Shown here piece by piece: positions 31,298 to 35,629 of a stretch of 35,629 nt of DNA. This DNA is from Dermatophilaceae bacterium (lineage in GTDB: Bacteria > Actinomycetota > Actinomycetes > Actinomycetales > Dermatophilaceae): NCBI GenBank assembly GCA_051650465.1, contig JBOFJB010000371.1:1-35629 (forward strand), written 5' to 3'. How positions within the stretch are numbered: position 1 is the stretch's first letter; every line of letters starts with the position of its first letter. The notes beneath the pieces are model-generated. The model searched no databases and was not told the origin of the DNA. It worked only from the letters and a program-made list of their open reading frames with translations. Both the position numbers and the translations under genes were made by a program.

Positions 31298-31597
31298 GTG
31301 ACATCCGTGATCTTCAAGGCCGTCGGCGACGACCGCCCGTACGCCGACCACGGCTACACGATGCGGCAGTGGTCTGCGGTGCCGCCGCGCCTGGTCCGGC
31401 TCGACGAACTCGTCACCACCAAGCGCGAACTCGACCTGCGCATGCTGCTGTCCGAAGACTCCACGTTCTATGGCGACCTGTTCGCGCACGTCATCGAGTG
31501 GGAGGGAACGCTCTACCTCGAGGACGGACTGCACCGAGCGTTGCGCGCCGCACTGCAGCAGCGGCCGACCTTGCACGCGCGGGTGCTTGCCCTGTAG
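31298..31597 (+). CDS. Small conserved protein, possibly ParB/sulfiredoxin-like fold
   Basis: 99-aa ORF with a GTG start. LYLEDGLHRALRAA resembles the DGxHR segment of ParB/Srx domains. The functional call is weak. Confidence 0.45.
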   Translation: MTSVIFKAVGDDRPYADHGYTMRQWSAVPPRLVRLDELVTTKRELDLRMLLSEDSTFYGDLFAHVIEWEGTLYLEDGLHRALRAALQQRPTLHARVLAL

Positions 31598-31603
31598 GCC
31601 GCG

Positions 31604-32140
31604 ATGAGCGCGCACACGACAGAGCCGCCGGGATCGGTGCTGGCACGAGAGCGCCGACGCCGCACGGTGGTCACCCTCGGCGTAGTGCTGCTCGCGATGT
31701 TCTTCGCGTTCTGGTACGCGCTCTCCTACTACCGCGCTGACGAGACGGCGCAGCCGGGCGGGCCGGCTGCCTCCTGCCGCCCCGGCGACCCGCGCGCGGT
31801 TTCCCCTGATCAAGTCACGGTCACGGTGCTCAACGCCACCTCACGCGCCGGGCTCGCCGGGCAGACGTCGCGCCAGATCGCCAGCCGTGGCTTCGCCGTC
31901 GGCAAAGTCGGCAACGACACCTCGGCGCGGCCGGCGCCGACCGTGGCCGAGGTCCGCCACGGAGCAGCCGGCGAGGCCCAGGCGAAACTGGTCCTTGCAA
32001 CGCTGCCCGCGGGGTCCACGCTGGTCAAGGACGCCCGCACGGGCACGGATGTCGATGTCGCCCTCGGCGCGAAGTTCAACGGCCTCACCCCCGAGCCAAG
32101 CACTCGGGCGCAGCCGGCGTGCCCCGAGCCCACTGGCTAG
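31604..32140 (+). CDS. LytR C-terminal (LytR_C) domain membrane protein
   Basis: An N-terminal TM (VVTLGVVLLAMFFAFWYAL) is followed by VTVTVLNATSRAGLAGQTSRQIASRGFAV, which is typical of LytR_C. Confidence 0.75.
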   Translation: MSAHTTEPPGSVLARERRRRTVVTLGVVLLAMFFAFWYALSYYRADETAQPGGPAASCRPGDPRAVSPDQVTVTVLNATSRAGLAGQTSRQIASRGFAVGKVGNDTSARPAPTVAEVRHGAAGEAQAKLVLATLPAGSTLVKDARTGTDVDVALGAKFNGLTPEPSTRAQPACPEPTG

Positions 32141-32233
32141 ATGTTCTGACCGGACAGATTGGTACATCTAGACAAGACGTGTTCCCGAGCCGCGTGCGGA
32201 CCGTTCCGGGGAGCAACTGGGACGAGGAGCGAC

Positions 32234-32266
32234 GAGCCCCTCCCCGGGTCGATCGGGGAGGGGCTC
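32234..32266. terminator. Perfect 13-bp stem hairpin downstream of the LytR_C gene
   Basis: gagcccctccccg / ggtcgat / cggggaggggctc. Confidence 0.55.
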
Positions 32267-32377
32267 GGTTCGTGCTCAGGTTGGCGGTGGCGGTGGCGGT
32301 GGGAGCCGCCGTCGCGTCACGCGTTCCTCCGTCGCGCGGTCCGCTCCGGCTCCCGGCATCCTGTCGCCACCGCTCAT

Positions 32378-32413
32378 GACGAAGCCCCGGTCGCAAGCTT
32401 CCGGGGCTTCGTC
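32378..32413. terminator. 13-bp stem hairpin immediately downstream of the minus-strand tRNA-Ser
   Basis: gacgaagccccgg / tcgcaagctt / ccggggcttcgtc. Confidence 0.6.
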
Positions 32414-32417
32414 TGAG

Positions 32418-32504
32418 CGGTGGCGGTGGGATTTGAACCCACGGACGGGTTGCCCCGTCACACGCTTTCGAGGCGTGCTCCTTAGGCCGCTCGGACACGC
32501 CACC
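32418..32504 (-). tRNA. tRNA-Ser (anticodon CGA), type II
   Basis: The reverse complement reads GGTGGCG-TG-TCCGAGCGGCCTAAGGA-G-CACGC-CTCGAAA-GCGTG-(variable arm TGACGGGGCAACCCGTCC)-GTGGG-TTCAAAT-CCCAC-CGCCACC-G. Confidence 0.9.
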
Positions 32505-32560
32505 GTCGCAGAGGTTACCCGAGCGCCAGGCGAGGCTCCGAATCCCCAGGCGGCCCCTCG

Positions 32561-33031
32561 TCATCCCCGGTGAGTTGCGAAGAAACGACGCACCAGTTGC
32601 CCACACTCGGCCTCGAGCACCCCGCCGACCACCTCGGCACGATGCGTCACTCGCCGGTCGCGCAGCACGTCCCATACCGACCCGCACGCACCCATTTTTG
32701 GGTCCCAGGCACCGAACACCAGCCGTGCGACCCGGGAGAGCACGGCGGCCCCCGCACACATCGGGCACGGCTCCATCGTCACGACGAGGGTGCACCCCTG
32801 AAGCCGCCACGACCCGAGGGCCGCGGACGCCGCGCGCACTGCCACGACCTCCGCGTGCGCGGTCGGGTCGCCGGCCGCCTCCCGAAGGTTCCATCCCTCG
32901 CCGAGCGGGGCGTCATCCGGCCCGATGACCACCGCTCCCACAGGTACGTCGCCCGAGGACCGGGTCCGTTCGGCGAGTGCCAACGCATGCCGCATCCACG
33001 CTTCGTCGCGCGGACCCACCGGAACTGCCAC
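32561..33031 (-). CDS. tadA: tRNA adenosine(34) deaminase
   Basis: EAWMRHALALAE...DVPVGAVV, HAEVVAVR and PCPMCAGA are the CDA zinc motifs. The N-terminus is collinear with E. coli TadA. Confidence 0.9.
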   Translation of the reverse strand: MAVPVGPRDEAWMRHALALAERTRSSGDVPVGAVVIGPDDAPLGEGWNLREAAGDPTAHAEVVAVRAASAALGSWRLQGCTLVVTMEPCPMCAGAAVLSRVARLVFGAWDPKMGACGSVWDVLRDRRVTHRAEVVGGVLEAECGQLVRRFFATHRG

Positions 33032-33047
33032 GCACTAAGTTTCCCGC

Positions 33048-33689
33048 ATGCGTGTGATCAACCCCGACCACCGGCTCATCGCCCACAAGCTGACCTATCT
33101 TCGGGACGCCCGCACCGACACCCCGACTTTCCGCCGGCTCGCTGAAGAGTTGACGACGCTCCTCGCGTACGAGGCGACCCGCGAGGTCCGGGTCGAGCCG
33201 CTCCAGATCGACACACCGGTGGCGCCGACCACCGGCATCAGGCTGAGCAGTCCCAAGCCGCTCGTCGTCCCGATCCTGCGCGCCGGCCTCGGCATGCTCG
33301 AGGGGATGGTGCGCCTCCTTCCCAGCGCCGACGTCGGTTTTCTCGGGATGCAGCGCGACGACGAGACCCTGGCGGCGGTCACCTACGCCAACCGGTTGCC
33401 CAACGACCTGTCTGGGCGCCAGGTCTACGTACTGGACCCGATGCTGGCTACCGGCGGCTCGATGACGGACGCCATCCGGTATCTCGTCGAGCGTGGCGCG
33501 GCGGACATCACTGCGGTTACCTTGCTCAGCGCACCCGAAGGCATCGCGTTCCTGGAACGCGCGTTCGCCGACATCGCCCCGCCGGTCACGCTGGTCACCG
33601 GGTCGATCGACGAGCGGCTCGACGAGGTGGGCTACATCGTTCCGGGGCTCGGCGACGCCGGTGATCGGCTCTACGGTCTGGCGGACTAG
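33048..33689 (+). CDS. upp: Uracil phosphoribosyltransferase
   Basis: [28 protein letters not shown] (the PRPP loop) and [12 protein letters not shown] are present. Confidence 0.9.
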   Translation: MRVINPDHRLIAHKLTYLRDARTDTPTFRRLAEELTTLLAYEATREVRVEPLQIDTPVAPTTGIRLSSPKPLVVPILRAGLGMLEGMVRLLPSADVGFLGMQRDDETLAAVTYANRLPNDLSGRQVYVLDPMLATGGSMTDAIRYLVERGAADITAVTLLSAPEGIAFLERAFADIAPPVTLVTGSIDERLDEVGYIVPGLGDAGDRLYGLAD

Positions 33690-33842
33690 GTCACTGCCGG
33701 CGGCACACTCCGCCGCCGGCCGAGGCAGGTCGCCACGCCGCCGACACCCCGGCGTGTCGCACCATCCGCCACACGTGTCACCTCTGCGACAATACTGCCG
33801 CGGCGTGCGCACGGGGCACGCCCTCGAGGTAGGAGCCATCGC

Positions 33843-34013
33843 ATGCCCCCGATCAAGAAGATCGTCCTGTGGGTCCTGGTGGTCTTCATCGCCTACGCCG
33901 TCATCACCTCGCCGAGCGACGCCGCCGACATCTTCCAGTCAGCCTGGGAAGTCATCACCAACGGAGTCGCGAACATCGCCGAGTTCTTCAACGACCTGAT
34001 CTCGGGCGAGTGA
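33843..34013 (+). CDS. 56-aa small membrane protein (not in the ORF track)
   Basis: It begins ATG CCC CCG ATC AAG AAG ATC GTC CTG TGG, and the full translation is MPPIKKIVLWVLVVFIAYAVITSPSDAADIFQSAWEVITNGVANIAEFFNDLISGE. GC3 is high, there is one TM, GGTAGGAG lies upstream, and the stop is 1 nt before the next gene's GTG. Confidence 0.5.
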   Translation: MPPIKKIVLWVLVVFIAYAVITSPSDAADIFQSAWEVITNGVANIAEFFNDLISGE

Positions 34014-34014
34014 C

Positions 34015-34875
34015 GTGGCGCGCCAGCCGCGTATCGACCGCGAGCTCGCGCGTTACCTCGTCTACGGCGAGAAGGTTGTCGTCTCCGTCCGTCGGCACTG
34101 GTTCCATCTGGTCAAGGAAATCCTCCTCATCGCCGGCGCCACGGCGCTCGCGCTCTGGGCCGACCTGTCGACCAGCGACGGCGGCAGCGGCCCCGCCTTG
34201 CGCAACGTCACCCTCGCGGTGTTCTGGGTGTCGCTGGCCTGGTTCCTCTGGGCGGTACTCAATTGGCGACACGACTGGTTCGTCGTTACCGACAAACGCT
34301 TCCTGCTCTTCTACGGCTTCATCCGCCGCAAGGTCGCCATGCTGCCGCTCCTGCGGGTCACCGACATGACCTACGACCTCACCGTTCTCGGCCGGATCGT
34401 CGGCTACGGCAGGTTCGTTCTCGAGTCAGCAGGGCAGAAGCAGGCACTGTCGGTCATCGAGCACGTGCCGGATGCCGACCGCCACTACCGTGCGATCTGC
34501 ACCACTCTCTTCGGTCCGGCCGATACTGGCGCCGGGGGCTACCCCGCCACGGACCAGCCCGACGGTGACGGCGAGAACCCCACGGCACCGCCGGACGACC
34601 CGACCGAGCCGGATGACGACCAGCCCGGATTCGACGACGGAACCGGTAGCCGAACCGACGCCGAACGCGAACCCACCCTGGGCTGGTCGCGCCCGAGGCG
34701 ATCGCTCCCGGCGAGCCCGGTTCAGGTCTCCGGCCGCGGCCACCCACGCCGACAGCGGTCGGCCGAACCGGCGTCGTGGTACCGCAGTTCCAACCTCGGT
34801 GGTCGCCTCCGACGCGGCGACACGGGTGAGATCCCCGTCTCCCGCCAAGTACACCGGCGCGCCGAAAGCGACTGA
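34015..34875 (+). CDS. Bacterial PH-domain (bPH_2/DUF304) membrane protein with long disordered tail
   Basis: YLVYGEKVVVSVRRHW is followed by two TM segments, then FVVTDKRFLLFYGFIRRKVAMLPLLRVTDMTY...FVLESAGQ, the typical bPH_2 pattern. Confidence 0.75.
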   Translation: MARQPRIDRELARYLVYGEKVVVSVRRHWFHLVKEILLIAGATALALWADLSTSDGGSGPALRNVTLAVFWVSLAWFLWAVLNWRHDWFVVTDKRFLLFYGFIRRKVAMLPLLRVTDMTYDLTVLGRIVGYGRFVLESAGQKQALSVIEHVPDADRHYRAICTTLFGPADTGAGGYPATDQPDGDGENPTAPPDDPTEPDDDQPGFDDGTGSRTDAEREPTLGWSRPRRSLPASPVQVSGRGHPRRQRSAEPASWYRSSNLGGRLRRGDTGEIPVSRQVHRRAESD

Positions 34876-34922
34876 ACCGCCGGTCGGCCGACCCACCGCG
34901 AGACCTCCGGCGGCCACCATCG

Positions 34923-35629
34923 TCAGGGGCGGAGCAGCGCCTCCGCGGCGCCCCCGCTCGCCCCGGTCGAGACACCGTCGACATCGAGCACCGCATCACC
35001 GACCGGCACGCCGACCACCGGAGCGCGCGCCGACGGATGCCGCTCCGCCGCCGGGTGCTCCGCAACGCCGGCGTCGAACGGCAATTCGAGCTCGAGCACA
35101 CCTTTGCCGAAGCGTCCGTCCTCCGGCAGGGAGACCGGGTAGTTGCCGCTGAAGCACGCGGTGCATAGCCGCTCACGCGGCTGGCCAGAGGCAGCGACCA
35201 TCCCCTCCTCGGAGAGGTAGCCGAGAGTGTCGGCACCGATGGAACTGCACACCTCCTCGACTCCGAGACCGGTCGCGATCAACTCAGCCCGGGTCGGGAA
35301 ATCGATGCCGTAGAAGCACGGCCACTGCACCGGCGGTGCCGAGATCCGCACGTGCACCTCGGCGGCGCCGGCCTCCCGCAGCATCCGCACCAGCGCCCGC
35401 TGGGTGTTGCCGCGGACGATGGTGTCGTCGACGACGACGAGCCGCTTCCCGCGAATCACCTCGCGCAGCGGGTTGAGTTTGAGCCGGATGCCGAGCTGGC
35501 GGATGGTCTGCGACGGCGCGATGAACGTCCGCCCGACGTAGGAGTTCTTCACCAGGCCCTGGCCATAGGGGATGCCGGACTCCTGCGCGTACCCGATCGC
35601 GGCTGGCGTGCCCGACTCCGGGGTCGGCA
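34923..35629 (-). CDS. purF: Amidophosphoribosyltransferase, C-terminal part (gene runs off the right edge)
   Basis: The frame stays open to the window end: PTPESGTPAAIGYAQESGIPYGQGLVKNSYVGRTFI, then LVVVDDTIVRGNT (the PRTase loop), then CFYGIDFPT and CTACFSGNYP. Confidence 0.9.
   Translation of the reverse strand, partial: PTPESGTPAAIGYAQESGIPYGQGLVKNSYVGRTFIAPSQTIRQLGIRLKLNPLREVIRGKRLVVVDDTIVRGNTQRALVRMLREAGAAEVHVRISAPPVQWPCFYGIDFPTRAELIATGLGVEEVCSSIGADTLGYLSEEGMVAASGQPRERLCTACFSGNYPVSLPEDGRFGKGVLELELPFDAGVAEHPAAERHPSARAPVVGVPVGDAVLDVDGVSTGASGGAAEALLRP

Noticed and set aside
3950-32504. Active integrative element (integrase plus att direct repeats of a tRNA-Ser 3' end).
   Set aside because: No integrase, recombinase or transposase ORF is present. 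I found no convincing duplicate of either tRNA 3' half by eye. I report the region only as a probable old acquisition.
1-35629. Apparent over-representation of the heptamer GGATGAC / GTCATCC. I counted roughly thirty by eye. Four gene ends read GGA TGA C (near 892, 17626, 26808 and 27886), and the heptamer also occurs in the 20-bp repeat unit.
   Set aside because: Much of it is explained by favoured codons (GTC ATC C = Val-Ile, and its complement in minus-strand genes), by Asp-Asp or Met-Thr contexts, and by TGA-C stop context. Without genome-wide k-mer statistics I cannot call it a signal. It would be worth a formal Markov-model test.

Overview
This is a very GC-rich actinobacterial chromosomal segment. 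Housekeeping genes sit at both edges: the dnaX 5' end at the left, and tadA, upp and the purF 3' part at the right. Two tRNA-Ser genes (anticodon GGA at 3950-4036 on the plus strand, CGA at 32418-32504 on the minus strand) bracket about 28 kb of mostly accessory DNA. The centre (about 5.1-24.8 kb) is a biosynthetic locus whose enzyme set matches the holomycin/thiolutin-type dithiolopyrrolone (DTP) pathway. It has a single-module Cy-A-T NRPS with a Cys-type specificity code. Downstream of it come a GMC flavoenzyme, a type II thioesterase, an acyl-CoA dehydrogenase, a GNAT acyltransferase, a truncated globin and a thioredoxin-reductase-like CPYC flavoenzyme. An EpiD/MrsD-like HFCD flavoprotein gene converges on the end of the operon. 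Thirteen genes (7515-23974) are chained mostly by 1-8 nt start/stop overlaps. The unusual parts are the following. (i) A complete binding-protein-dependent Dpp/Nik-type ABC importer is embedded in the biosynthetic operon. (ii) A near-perfect Fur-family 7-1-7 box lies in the only AT-rich patch of the divergent ligase/NRPS promoter, and a second related box is written into the first codons of the HFCD gene with rare codons. (iii) There is an extra adenylate-forming ligase plus a PPTase. (iv) There are two methyltransferases. Together these suggest a metal-regulated, recaptured thiol-based metallophore built on DTP chemistry, which is a hypothesis and not shown here. The locus is flanked by VapBC and MntA/HepT toxin-antitoxin pairs and by an AraC/VOC/AEC trio. 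It also carries several odd tandem arrays that duplicate gene 3' ends. Most long ORFs in the track on the opposite strand or in other frames are GC-driven shadows.
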